Virus record (IMG/VR): IMGVR_UViG_3300022181_000098
Coordinates: 1 to 60,299 of that record
DNA: 60,299 nucleotides
Source: a virus
Taxonomy: Duplodnaviria; Caudoviricetes
Direction: 5' to 3' (one strand)
The translations under genes were made by a program, and so were the position numbers. Positions within the stretch are counted from its first letter, which is position 1. Every line of letters starts with the position of its first letter. A model generated the notes under the pieces. It searched no databases. It was given only the letters and a program-made list of their open reading frames with translations, and was not told the DNA's origin. Below, piece after piece: positions 16,101-24,600 of this stretch.

Positions 16101-18493
16101 TCCACGTGGTCGCCATCAGCTCCTTCAGTGCGCCGGATATACCCGTAGTGTGCTTTGAGTTTGCTTTTCCATTCTTTTCCGTCCTTGGATACTCCTCTGC
16201 GGACCGATCCCTTGGGATTCTCGATGCTGATATCCAAGCCCTGGATGGAGACGTGGCCCTTCTTGTAGTTGCCCGCCTCGATCTGCGCCCGCGTGGGTTC
16301 AGGAAGGTCATTCTCAGGAGAAGAAGCTGCCTCGCCCGCAGCCTCGTCGACGTCCTCCTTCGTGACTCCACCTTCGAAGCTGGCTTGGGGGTACCTGAAA
16401 GCGATGTCATGTCTGTTTGCGGGGATGACACCGCCGGCACTGATATGCGCGTCGAGAAGAAGAGGTGTGATGCCCTGCGCCTTGTCGTCGTCCTGAGACA
16501 AGGACTTATAGATGGCCCTGGCCGCGGTAACGTCACCGGGCTGCTCGAAGGCGACTGCCGATGGCGTCCGCATGTCCTCGGCGGTGTATGAGACAGGGGC
16601 CCGCTCTCCCGGCAGGGGTATGGGCTCACCACCGAGGCGACGGGCCGGTGCGGTCGCCGCAGTCTCTTGGGGCGCTGCCGGGGCGACATCCGTGCGGGGT
16701 CGGGGCATCCCGGGCCGTCTCGTGACCCCGGCCACGGATCTCCGCTCTTCCTGCGGGAACTGTGCAAAGAGCATCTCCGCCCGGTCGAGGTCGCTGAGGT
16801 TCTTCACGACCCGGCCGCCGGTGCCGCCCTCGATGCCGCGCATCTTTCCGACTATCAGGTCGTAGATGGGATCCGTTGCGACAAATGGGGCCTCCAGGGC
16901 CTTGTTCACCGTGTCCATGCCGTCCTTCACGCCCGGAGGGAGGTCCAGCTTCACAATGAGGTCGTTGAGCCCTGTGACGAGGGCATGCTCGGCGCCGTAT
17001 GACTCGACCATCGACGGGAGAACGGCGTCCTTCAGTTCCTCCTTCGTTACCGTGCCGGCGTCGACGGCCTCCTTGATCTTGTCCAGGGTTGGCCTGTAGA
17101 CCTCAGCGTCTTCGGCAACGGGAGGAACCTCTGCGTCCGGTTGGGTTTTGGCCGGCGGTGCGCTGAAGTCCGTCATGTCGAATTTGCCGCTCCCCGTGAG
17201 CAGGGACATATCCACGGGCCGGTTGGCCCCGATCGCCGCGGTCGCCTGCTCACCCCACGCCCTGGCGAGCTCGGGATCCGTCTCAGCGATAAAGTCCTCG
17301 AGGTGCCTGGCTATGTTCGCCCTGTGCTCGATCATCCTGACAGCCGCTGGGTGCTGGTAGTCGACAGGATTGAGAAGAATCCCCTGCTGCGCCTTCTGCT
17401 GTGCCTGGACGTCTTCGTACTGCTTGCTTGCCACTGCCCCGCCCGTGCCGCCCATGACGTGGCCGCCGATCATGCCCTGCAGGCCGGCGTTGATGGCATC
17501 GCGTAGCGCTTCCTTCGTCCAGACGGACTTGGGATTTCCGCCGTAGTTCTCGAGGTAGGTCTGGACAAACTCCTCGGCGCCCTCTTCCAATCCCGTGACC
17601 CCCATACCCTGGAGAACCCGTGGAACCAGGTTCTTCTTCGAGAACTCTCTGGCAGCCGGACCCATTCTGCCCATTCTGGCAGCCAGGGCCTCCACACCAA
17701 GACCTCGCTCGATGAGGGTCGCCGGCACGGCCGTCGCTATGAGCCGGGTTAAGGACAGGTCGGCACCATTCTTTTCCTGCTCCTCGAGCTGCTTATTCGC
17801 TATCTCGCCGCCCTCCATGAGACCTATCGGTACATCCATCGTATGAGGCTTCAGGAAATTGAGAACACGCCCGCCCAGACCCCGTTTCACGACCTCCTTT
17901 CCGACCACCCCGGCAACTTCGGCCGGCTTATAGATGCCCGGAGCGAGCGCCGTGATGGCGAGGGACCCGGCCAGGTTGCCAACGCCGGTACTCGCATAGT
18001 CGATTCCATCAGCTATGGACTTGATGTCGGTGTAGGAATCGACCCTGGGCCTCAGGATCGGATCGTTCGCAGCCTCTCCCCAATACTCGCGTGCTGCTTT
18101 CCCACCGGTTTTTGCGAACTGAGTCAAAGGGTCAGTGGCGGGGACGGGGGTTCTCGTAGCCGGTCCGGTGAATTGTCCCGCATGTTCTCCGAGAATGGAG
18201 TCGGCGTCCAGATCCGGCCGACTGACGACCTCGCCCGGGTATCTCTCGGCCATGTGCCCCGTGTACTGCATAAGGCCTCCAAGGCCGGAGAGCGTATTCT
18301 GCACGGTTCTCGCAAATCCCTTAGCAACCTCCTTGCCCATCCTGAGCGGGGAGCCTGGCGTCATTTCGTCATACAGGCTGTCCTCATAACTCTTCCCTCC
18401 GAGGCGCCTTGAGGGCCCGAAGATGCCGAGGTCGTCTTTCATACCACCCGTCGAATCAGGTTCAAAAATGCCCAGGTCGTCTTTCATTGGCAT
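7190..18493 (-). CDS. Giant polyvalent protein (probable virion-ejected protein): InPase, LPD5-, LPD1-, LPD3-like, ART, zincin, MuF-C-like, PBECR-like domains
   Basis: AGNYKKGH..GADGDHVDVF (InPase); IEDFGEKIGGARKD; FGFRGVEFGNW..HEWFHALD; TPEFKRWFGDW..VVDENGEPLVVYHGT..GYDG..FSPTQIKS (ART); HEVIGH; ITSIYGR; GLLHI..WLLTGF. Confidence 0.88.
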   Translation of the reverse strand: MPMKDDLGIFEPDSTGGMKDDLGIFGPSRRLGGKSYEDSLYDEMTPGSPLRMGKEVAKGFARTVQNTLSGLGGLMQYTGHMAERYPGEVVSRPDLDADSILGEHAGQFTGPATRTPVPATDPLTQFAKTGGKAAREYWGEAANDPILRPRVDSYTDIKSIADGIDYASTGVGNLAGSLAITALAPGIYKPAEVAGVVGKEVVKRGLGGRVLNFLKPHTMDVPIGLMEGGEIANKQLEEQEKNGADLSLTRLIATAVPATLIERGLGVEALAARMGRMGPAAREFSKKNLVPRVLQGMGVTGLEEGAEEFVQTYLENYGGNPKSVWTKEALRDAINAGLQGMIGGHVMGGTGGAVASKQYEDVQAQQKAQQGILLNPVDYQHPAAVRMIEHRANIARHLEDFIAETDPELARAWGEQATAAIGANRPVDMSLLTGSGKFDMTDFSAPPAKTQPDAEVPPVAEDAEVYRPTLDKIKEAVDAGTVTKEELKDAVLPSMVESYGAEHALVTGLNDLIVKLDLPPGVKDGMDTVNKALEAPFVATDPIYDLIVGKMRGIEGGTGGRVVKNLSDLDRAEMLFAQFPQEERRSVAGVTRRPGMPRPRTDVAPAAPQETAATAPARRLGGEPIPLPGERAPVSYTAEDMRTPSAVAFEQPGDVTAARAIYKSLSQDDDKAQGITPLLLDAHISAGGVIPANRHDIAFRYPQASFEGGVTKEDVDEAAGEAASSPENDLPEPTRAQIEAGNYKKGHVSIQGLDISIENPKGSVRRGVSKDGKEWKSKLKAHYGYIRRTEGADGDHVDVFIGDNPTSQRVFVVDQVDPKTGRFDEHKAMVGYDNIEEARAGYLANYEPGWKGLGNMVPMSMDGFKAWLKKARLKRTVPEEQVESSGIPEPGDFYEFDIKAHPVRGPHTARFRVNRAYVTPQGDVIPLVEDFTNERGGGLYPIFPTHERLWGARLVKPQEGIEPGFFPMGQQPQEEAAVDRKASEPIKTKPAKSLIRVVIDMGGLSAAKVKAAGFNVKEDFQQHGLSFIFRKNGRSLDDIATELVSKGDILPGPDTIPSDNYVLSLLQAAARGQKTTVNQMQSELNVAITEQKDDILELREDLERHGADESQIEDVVRSYQDATREDTRPEETDRDAEEARARGDETRDDDVFVSEVEEPTETPYELRPAEPSEEGTALTPAEDEKRAQAPQGEETGGELFDTSGMFSLSGNQPHEQKTMKVAEKKGERMFDVEKQDVDELKERLSGEKAKREHEEEGKKEKTSTEPGRIEDFGEKIGGARKDQAPSLSRDLTDDDIATQPLNKIWPADEINAIDDKFPAAWAYAARSVIPAKPRVGYKVKAWVEKVKSMRTLAKEILDVEIDPKELMRRLRGRPILNSFGDKVELLASIDRDQWQRIGHVEAFPKAYYYDKEGKKVESPFTRVEIDGRWHEFRGARKIADALPGVEDLLAGPASEKKMRFEIRTIPRSGEYFINKKGDREYRKLKTFSDIKDARAYMKENYNDLVAAWEAVKEKDNVKETDVRAETNRPRTAVDRRGGKDVTPEQFGDTFGFRGVEFGNWVGQGTGSKERQGMLNQAYDALMDLAEIIGIQPKAISLNGSLGLAFGSRGSGWASAHFEPDRLVINLTKPRGAGSLAHEWFHALDNYFSRMRSGEVKVKRGFGADEAYRAKNFITYHPEPLYVHKTERSTPTAKARLEQLHRDHPTSEYLNPDNWQKDPKHPQGVRPEVEKVFAELVATLDASPMAERSRLIDKAQSGYWSRILERAARAFENYVINKMMQGGYHNDYLANVRDVENFPRSEERYPYLLPEEIVPVAEAFDNLFSTIESKETDRGVLLFKKERAREAQTRTPEFKRWFGDWEVVAHPDIEVTELAGNEISGTNPKEARKNATEYLKRLIDGLDTDIILNERTGFDIQLKPKQVKHGFQHKGKEQVYSVPAMVDLIRRADKIATNEHRPPNPDIPYVHTFVAPLRIDGQMFAVKLTVKEYVDMGKKFYDHEALKVEELAGISGTASQNETLGSRPAASSKVSIAHLLTAFKKEDLKYVPSRVVDENGEPLVVYHGTSSAFESFRPWSHFGTRQQANVIADEWGPGGNTIPVYLNIRNPLRMHDTGFIRPDIMGVVNPPDIFDRAELERLSGGTLQDWEDAIRRKGYDGIVYSNTTAEGPGDSYIAFSPTQIKSVYNRGTWNPEDDRISFTRQSDSSSVIEPAARPRHTVEKVEGFLEPLLRKLKNIGEVKVVQSVAEIPGVDAYELSDQDTVYGAYDRTTDTTYIVADSVKDIRNAHAILIHEVIGHRGVEAVLNEDEQVKVMQAAVDAYEGTDRLNRIVKDYDLDLADRVHRYVAGRELIAHMAESGEKPTVMQRIIGVIRDALRRLNFRLKWTDTDIKNLIRKGWEYSEGAKGLKRSDGDGQVSFKKDMSTGPDQTALRIGKRITEEMKRWKGVLSDYFNHTLKGQYLPVMMNTPQVLRLHRIGMKDLPMAITADTLTKAIGPRHSLTRDLIEQLPIALTAPIMVLKSATEPDSFVVMTEAQDNQGRWVIVPVKLNFPVGTIGAHVNKITSIYGRENNALTGKPEWFIDQIKAGNLVYMDKEKALRWSTSARLQLPLEETIKNLKYKIHSEADIVKPKFGEGPSIGGGISFRKESSNDLHKIEEEERGLNALLSAMEGKKDMPAALRNPDLGDVTLYYGGKEKDEGGLLHIVAQRAFEGSDDIAGDLVGVIKAVALGTKTREYGGEIGRADIEYGDYVAILSKSRFTKKETWLLTGFKKKEEGVKGESYNPRDYAQLTSGSLSEVVASLREKVAEELRNVKKGRKDISFRREASPEPDPFLINLSSKNPELARKLQGVFGAIDRNNRSTEPLGEPTKEIPDPKDDSDKKTGSWLNRETAAIFRTIATVMPGRMPHNSFLENVLKSPEWYSHPVFKNIVRLFTMDRERLYHTTLVDLVTVDGESVIEETDRLRKENPQAYRELLFAIDYGDTKWKRGDASMERLRDPDISEEARAAVVANQVKKYETYLREKRGVSDEAIRVWKLHRASYDKALDMMTSQLRALVAQMEEGELSAQTKTTLKELRFALASMQEWRGFYAPRLRERASWAVQAEKVVGGKTERYREHRNKYAAERLADRLRKEGWTDVGVTEISKLPESVYQNLKAVDVARAIKDASAGLKGEAAVTFNDELIEQVSNMIKSRGFRSSMIHRGSPEEMGVVRGYMEDPLERFATYVNNLAGGFSKAQVAHRAMEQLLGQRNEKGQLEGGIDPRAESRAYVTAERYIAEQLRNLDHTDRIVGVAKSIATFKYLGFNPRSMLVNMTAMVTTAPAAIHQYVMGGKGSMTRILTAVGQAGADIATVMAGRKLKDADEQAFIDRIQREGYDDPQLTRDAMGSIDKIHRRLWSKAMTVSMWMFGKTEQWNRMSTMLAGYRLARASGKNEEEAYNLALDASNKAHGLYGRSTLPSWAQGGNPAAKVGQLMYVYGKFSHNYLQMMYDLGFKKHDVKAFLFGFASPIVLAGGAAWPLKDLMVGIINFFLKLFGFKKGDAEKYVYDSVRQHLGKRAELVARHGLTGLAGIDISGSLSIGVGVPKSMWELTGAVGGIYDDAEKSLHYLMTGQPARAVEKVLPTGLANPVRAVRENTRGVTSEKGRPLFNDQTGRHLKLSTGQAGLRAAGFRPSEQAVMTERKREHDEVVRGFTETRNGIYEEARAYFSDPNRDSNALTRLMKKQAEYNQSIRDAGLAGIVPFMKYSNLKDQGRNMEKPKKSERRRFQQLQ

Positions 18494-19506
18494 TATTTCA
18501 GGTACCCCGCATTCTGAGATTCTCTGAGTATATCTCTCGCCTGCTGTTCGCTGTACCCGTAGGTTTTCCTGAGTCTGCGGACAGCTTCCGATGTCGTGGG
18601 CGCTCCCTTCACGGTATTGGCAAGGTCGGCATAGCTCGTCCCGGGAAGTGCAGCTCCACCTCCTCCGAGCTTCCTGCCAGGCACGCGGGAAAGGTTTCTG
18701 ATGAAAGCATCGACGAGCTCGCGCTCTTTAGCCTCTCTTTCTTCCGGAGGCGTCATCTCTATAGCATCCCTGAAATCCCCCGACCCAATGTACCTGTAGA
18801 AGGCCTCCCGGGCCTTGGCTTCATCCTTTGTCCCGCTCTTCGCCAACTCAGTGTTCGTCCGGTAGTAATCAGCGTGGGCCCTGCGCAGTTCCGCCTCTCC
18901 CGGCTTGTCAGAGTGAGAGATCGCCGCCCGGCGCTCGTCGCTCTTCCTATCGAGGTCCTTTTGTTTCGCGGCTTCCTGGGTCTTCATCCATTCCAGGGCC
19001 TTGGTGTTGTAGGTCCTCTCCGTCTCGATCTGCTTCTCGACCGCGGCCCTCTCCGCCGGGTCCGTGATTGTCGGTATGCGGGCTTCAAGGTCGGCGATCT
19101 TGAGCTTGCTGATCGCCTCAACGCCCTGAGCGCTGTCCATGTGACCCAGCACGGCTCTCATATCCTTGCCCCGTATCATCCGCTTCCCCGTGCCGGGATC
19201 CGCTTTGATGAAACCCGCCCTTGTCGCGTAGTCGACCCCGTAGTTGAAGGCAACCGGGTCCTTCTGACCCCAGGCCTGCCCTATCTGGTCAACGTCGAAT
19301 TCCTGGTTCTCCCGGGCGACCTCGTCCATCTTCGCCTTATGGAGGTCCTTGTCCATCCCGAACCTTTCCTGTTCCATCCCGATCCGTCTCTCGGCCAGAT
19401 CGGCCGCCCGCTGCCGCAGGGCCAATTCATCCTGTGCCCTGTTGTTCGCCACGATGGCAGTCAGACCTGCCTCAAGTCCCGGCCCCCATCCGCCAAGCCT
19501 AGCCAT
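18493..19506 (-). CDS. Probable internal virion (ejection) protein
   Basis: 337 aa, helical and charged; lies between tail gene and giant protein with overlapping start/stop codons. Confidence 0.65.
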   Translation of the reverse strand: MARLGGWGPGLEAGLTAIVANNRAQDELALRQRAADLAERRIGMEQERFGMDKDLHKAKMDEVARENQEFDVDQIGQAWGQKDPVAFNYGVDYATRAGFIKADPGTGKRMIRGKDMRAVLGHMDSAQGVEAISKLKIADLEARIPTITDPAERAAVEKQIETERTYNTKALEWMKTQEAAKQKDLDRKSDERRAAISHSDKPGEAELRRAHADYYRTNTELAKSGTKDEAKAREAFYRYIGSGDFRDAIEMTPPEEREAKERELVDAFIRNLSRVPGRKLGGGGAALPGTSYADLANTVKGAPTTSEAVRRLRKTYGYSEQQARDILRESQNAGYLK

Positions 19507-21667
19507 GCTTCACCTCCGTCGTTGCCCTGGCCCAAATGGCCATGGCATTGAGAACCGCGTCGCCGACCACTCCACACAGGGGTATGCCTATCCTCAGGAG
19601 GATCTTCCCCAGAGAATTACCCTTAATGCTCGGGTCCACCCGACTCGCCATCTCGCGGGCTGTCATGACCCCGAAAGGCCGCACGATGTTCGTAAAGGCC
19701 TTTGACCTGCGCATCAGGGCCACCACAGGACCGAAGAGCGTCAGATATCCGGCGTAGACGTTCTCAGGGATGTATCTCATCCTGCATTCGCTGTCCTTTG
19801 CGAGGATTTCATCGGAGAGGTACCTCTGCCGGTTGAGTTCGGTACAGACGATCTTGCCGAGCTTTACGGACGTGACGAGGCCTCCCCCGCGACTGCTGAG
19901 GGACACTTCAGGGGTTCCCCATGCGGTTGCTGAAGCTGGCGGAGCGTCAGGTTTGAACGGTTCGTAAATTCCCGGCTCGTAGTTGAACGGCTCGTAGGAT
20001 GAGTAGCTGTACGGGCTTTCGTAACTTGGCGCCGGCTCGTAGTTGAACGGCTCGTTGTAACCGCCGGATCGGCTGGACCCATAGCTGTATGAAGGGGGCT
20101 CGTAGTTGAAGGGCTCATAGCCGGGACTGACTATCGAGGAGGGAATACCGGCTGATCCCCCGGTAAACCGTGTCAGGACCTCGTGGGGAGTATTGCCGTA
20201 AGCCGGCGAAAAATTCGTCGCATAGCCCGGATAGTTCGACCTCTGCTCAGCGGACGGCGCAAAATACCCCGTCGGGTCGAAGGCTGCCGGCAGCACGCTG
20301 TCGCTCGCAGGGGTAAACTGATGCCCGTAGTATTCATCCGACGGTCCGCCACCGAGCTTCTTCGTGTTGAACGACCACGGCGACCCGCCGTCCTCCTGCC
20401 CCGCCTTGGAGGCGGCCAGTTGCTTTTCGACTTTCTTCACTGCATCCTTATAGGCCTTCTCCGCCTTCTCATTCTCTCCGGCAGCCCACAGGTCGTAGTT
20501 CTGTCTGGCAAGGAGGTTCTGCTCGCCGGCCCACCGATCATACTTGGCCTGCTCCGCTTTCTTGTCTTCGGTCCACTTCGAGTACTGCCATTGATCGAAA
20601 TTCTCCTTCCAGTCCTTGCCGTACTCGCCTCCCCAATCAAGCCATTGCTGCTCGGTAAATGCCGATCTCGGTTTGGTGTAGTTGAACGGCTCCAGAGTGG
20701 GTGCCTCGTACTCAGGCAGGTCGGGTGGCTGGTATGCCGGTATGTCAGCAATATCTGAGGACATACCCTGAGAAGCCGCTGACGAGGACCCAAACATGGG
20801 TTCAGCCGCATTTATCGTCTCCAGACCTGTGTCGGTCTCGAAAGGTGTCCGGCTCGTCTGCACCCCGGGCATATCGGGACCGGATACCGGCGAACCTATC
20901 GCAGGCTGCGCAAACTGGGCACCCGTGTCCTTCATGGTGCCGGCATCAAGGGACGCCATGCGGTAGGTACCGGCTGGTCTCTCCCCAAGTGACGCATCCT
21001 GGTTGGCCTTCGTCAGAGTCTCATAGGTAGAGGATGGAACCGCGTTGATGTCGCTGCCTATGGCCGGTGCCGGTGCAGCGGGCGCCGACGACACGGGAGC
21101 AGACGCCTGTGTCATAAATGCGTTGCCCGTGTCTGCTGGCGAGAAATAGCTCGCCGCCCCGGTAGTGCCGCCAGTCTCACCACCAGGGTTCGCCCCCCCC
21201 AAGGTGCGCTTGAAGTAGTTCGACGCTCTCGTCAGGGGCGCGACGGAATCCGCCACACGGTCCCTATCACTTGGACCTCCGCTCATGAAGCCCTTCAAGA
21301 GGAGGCCGGCGCCTTGGAGACCGGCATTGATGAGGCTTGCTTCCGCTGCATCCTTTCTGACGTCGCCGGCTGTTTCCTGTGCCCTGGTGAACTGATCGGC
21401 CTGTTGCGCGAGGGACCGGTCCTGATAATCCTTCGTGTTGGCAATCGACAACTCCTGCAGCGCCAAGGCCTTGTCCTTTGCCTCTTTTTCTTCGGCAAGC
21501 CTCCTGCGTGCAAGCTGCTTGTTCAGCTCGGCCTCCATGACACCCTTCATGAACGCTGTTGCCTCGAGGGGATCGTATGACTGCCCCCCGAGCCTCTTCT
21601 GGTTGCGCCGGCGCTCCCACACATCAAGGACACCGGACGGTATTGAGTAAGATCCGTATTCAGCCAT
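19499..21667 (-). CDS. Probable internal virion (ejection) protein with EPFNY repeats
   Basis: 722 aa, low-complexity middle, YEPFNYEP repeats, C-terminal GKIVCTELNRQ domain. Confidence 0.65.
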   Translation of the reverse strand: MAEYGSYSIPSGVLDVWERRRNQKRLGGQSYDPLEATAFMKGVMEAELNKQLARRRLAEEKEAKDKALALQELSIANTKDYQDRSLAQQADQFTRAQETAGDVRKDAAEASLINAGLQGAGLLLKGFMSGGPSDRDRVADSVAPLTRASNYFKRTLGGANPGGETGGTTGAASYFSPADTGNAFMTQASAPVSSAPAAPAPAIGSDINAVPSSTYETLTKANQDASLGERPAGTYRMASLDAGTMKDTGAQFAQPAIGSPVSGPDMPGVQTSRTPFETDTGLETINAAEPMFGSSSAASQGMSSDIADIPAYQPPDLPEYEAPTLEPFNYTKPRSAFTEQQWLDWGGEYGKDWKENFDQWQYSKWTEDKKAEQAKYDRWAGEQNLLARQNYDLWAAGENEKAEKAYKDAVKKVEKQLAASKAGQEDGGSPWSFNTKKLGGGPSDEYYGHQFTPASDSVLPAAFDPTGYFAPSAEQRSNYPGYATNFSPAYGNTPHEVLTRFTGGSAGIPSSIVSPGYEPFNYEPPSYSYGSSRSGGYNEPFNYEPAPSYESPYSYSSYEPFNYEPGIYEPFKPDAPPASATAWGTPEVSLSSRGGGLVTSVKLGKIVCTELNRQRYLSDEILAKDSECRMRYIPENVYAGYLTLFGPVVALMRRSKAFTNIVRPFGVMTAREMASRVDPSIKGNSLGKILLRIGIPLCGVVGDAVLNAMAIWARATTEVKHG

Positions 21668-21678
21668 CTCCTCCCTCC

Positions 21679-24600
21679 TCAGTTCGTCAGCTTCTCGTAC
21701 TGCTGGCTATAGACATACGCGAGGGCCAGCGGCTCGAACCCCGTTACCTCGTCGTTCGTCGTCATTTCGAACAGCCCTGAATGGAAAACACCCACCTTCG
21801 AGTTTATGGGCTCCACGATTGTCGCCACACGCCTGTTGGTCACCGCCGGGATAAGCGTAAAGTTTGTGCCAACCGGATCGGTATCGACATAGTGCGTGTA
21901 AGTGATATTGTTCGAAGTAATGCTCTTCTTCGTGGTGACGAGTTCGATCCTCTCGACTCTCGTCTCCATGGTGAAATCATTCTCCGATAAAACAAGGTCT
22001 CCGAGCTCTAACCGGTGTACAATGCCATTGCCGTCAAAGCTGGTGCCGTTCTCAAGGCGCATCATGTAGCCGCTGTCGATGAAGCCGTAGTTCCATTTGT
22101 TACCATGAACATCCCGAACCTCAGCCCCCGCGGCCAGATGCTTCCCGGGGCCACGGTCGATGAGGTACCATTTCCACCTCTTCAGGTCGAAAACCAGTTC
22201 CGTATTGGTGCCCGTCGCCGCGGCTCCGCTTGCGACATGCAGGTGATACTCCATCTTCGTCTGGTCGAGATCCGCCCACGATTCTCCGATCAGTTCCGGC
22301 TTGATATACGCCGTCTTCCTGGGGTCGAAGTAGTTTTCAATGTCACCGTGGATCGGAAGGGGAGCCCTGCCGTCGGAAACGTAGACGCCGTCCGATCCTT
22401 GCCAGATGATGACGTTGCGGCTGAGGCCCTGGGGGATGTCTCCGGGAAGGCTCACTGTCTTCAGCGTCGACGGCGCTGGGCATCCTACCTTGTCGCTGAC
22501 CTGGTGACGAACCCACTGCGGGAAATCTCCGCTGAGCTTCCACATCTCGCCGTGTTTGAAGAAGATGATCAGGTTGTAGAGGTTATAACCGTACAGGTTG
22601 TAGAGCGACGCTCCACAGGTGAGCTCGCCGGTCTCGCCAAACTCGATCTCCGTGGAGTTCGCTCCGTTGAAGATCTGCGCGGTCTGGTATTCACTGTGGA
22701 TCGCGGCGTTCTTCTTGCCGGCCATGTCGCAGCAGAGGAAAAGCATATCCTGGGCCATGAGCGGGAACTTGTACTGTCCGAACTGTCTCTGCACGGGGAT
22801 CCCGCTCACGTAGAAGAGCTGGACGTCATTACTGAGAGTCTGGGAGAATGTGATTTCGTAGTGGTACCTCGGGGTCACCTTAGAAACCCTGGACATGAAC
22901 TCCATCGAAATAGCTGGTGGGTTCCAGGTAACGGTACCACTCTTCGACATGGACACCTCCCCGCCTGACGTCCCATCATCGATGGTGCCGACGGTGATGA
23001 AGTTCTGGCCGTCCGAGGAATACCTGACCGTCATAACCGTGTTCGCCGTGGTGTTGACGTGCCCGCCAGCAATCCCGAAGTTGATGCCCATGAGGCGCTC
23101 GTAACTAGCAAAATACAGTTTGTTGGTTCCCGCAGCGAGACTGTCGATCTCCACAAAAGTGGCAACATCCGTCGAGTCATACTCGTTGGCGTACACGTTC
23201 AGGGTGTAATCGTTATAGGTGTTGTCCTTGTAGATGTAGAAGGCCATGCATTCGCGGTCCGTCCCGTCCCACAGGTCGATGATGGGCTGGATAGGCGTTC
23301 TGACCGTGGCATGATACACCGTGGTGGCAGGGTCAATGCCGGTGAAGGTAAGGCGATAAACGTAGCCTACCAGACCGTTGTACATGCGGGGCCTGGCCGC
23401 ATTCACCGTATTCCCGAAGGAAATAACTCCTGTCTGACCGAGGCTTTTTGTCCCCCCTTCCGCGGCCGTCCCGTCGAAGAGCGCCCCGCCTGCAGGGCCC
23501 AGGTTGTCAATATAGAAGGTGTTGGCGGCATCGGCGTTCACAATGGTGATCCGCACCTGGTCGATGGCGTTCTTGTTCGCTGCCGACACTCCGGAGATGT
23601 CCCATATCACATTATCAAAGACGTCCGGCACTGCGATATTGGGGGTCAGCTCGGTCCACGTGCCCCCGCTGTCGTGAATTGCGAGTTTGATATTGCTTCC
23701 CGTTCTCGATGACCGGATGTCGAAGGCAATCGTATCGACGCCGGTCAGGTCCACCGGGCTGGTAATGGTGCGCGTCAGGGTCTTATTCAGGCTCGTCGTC
23801 GGCGCCGCAACTGCTTTGAGCGAGAAACCGCCCTGCGTTGTAAGTACCGCCTCCGAATATGACTGGAGGCTGAGCGATGGGCCACTGGCGTAAAAGTTGT
23901 CGATGGTGAAGATGTTGGCAACCGAAGCGTTGTCGACGGTCACGCGAATCCGGTCAATGGCATCTTTATCGGCATCGGCAACCCCCGAGATGTCCCAGAC
24001 CACTGTCTGGAACTGGTCCGCATTGAGGATATTGGGAGAGATCGATGTCCAGGTACCCCCGCTGTCGTGAATAGCAACAGACAGATTGATACCGGGCCTC
24101 GATGCCTTGATGTCGAAGCAGAGCGTTTCGACGCCGGAGAGATCGATCGGGGGATCCAGTGTCTTCGTGAGTGTCGCGTCGATGGCGGAGGTAGTCGCTA
24201 CGCCCTGCAGCGCATGCGATCCCTGGGTCTTTATTGTATCGGAGAAGGCCTGAAGGGTCCTCTCTGAACTGCCATACCAGTTGTCAATATAGAAGGTGTT
24301 GGCGGCATCGGCGTTCACAATGGTGATGATGATGCTATCGATGTTGTTCTTATCGGCATCGGCAACCCCCGAGATGTCCCAGACCACTGTCTGGAAAACA
24401 TCCGCAGAGCCTACGTTTGGTGTTATCTCCAGGGTCGCTCCACCCGACTGATGAAGACCGACTTTGATGTTACTGCCGGTTCTGGATGACCGGATTCTGA
24501 ATGTGAGGGTACCCATGCCCGTCAGGTTGAGAGTCGGGCTTAGTGTGCGCGTCAGCGTTTTGTTGAGCGCGTCTGTTGTAGAAATGGCCTTGAGAGCATA

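Noticed and set aside
23503-24396. Diversity-generating retroelement TR/VR pair
   Set aside because: Repeats are exact and in-frame within one gene, with no adenine-specific differences and no reverse transcriptase.
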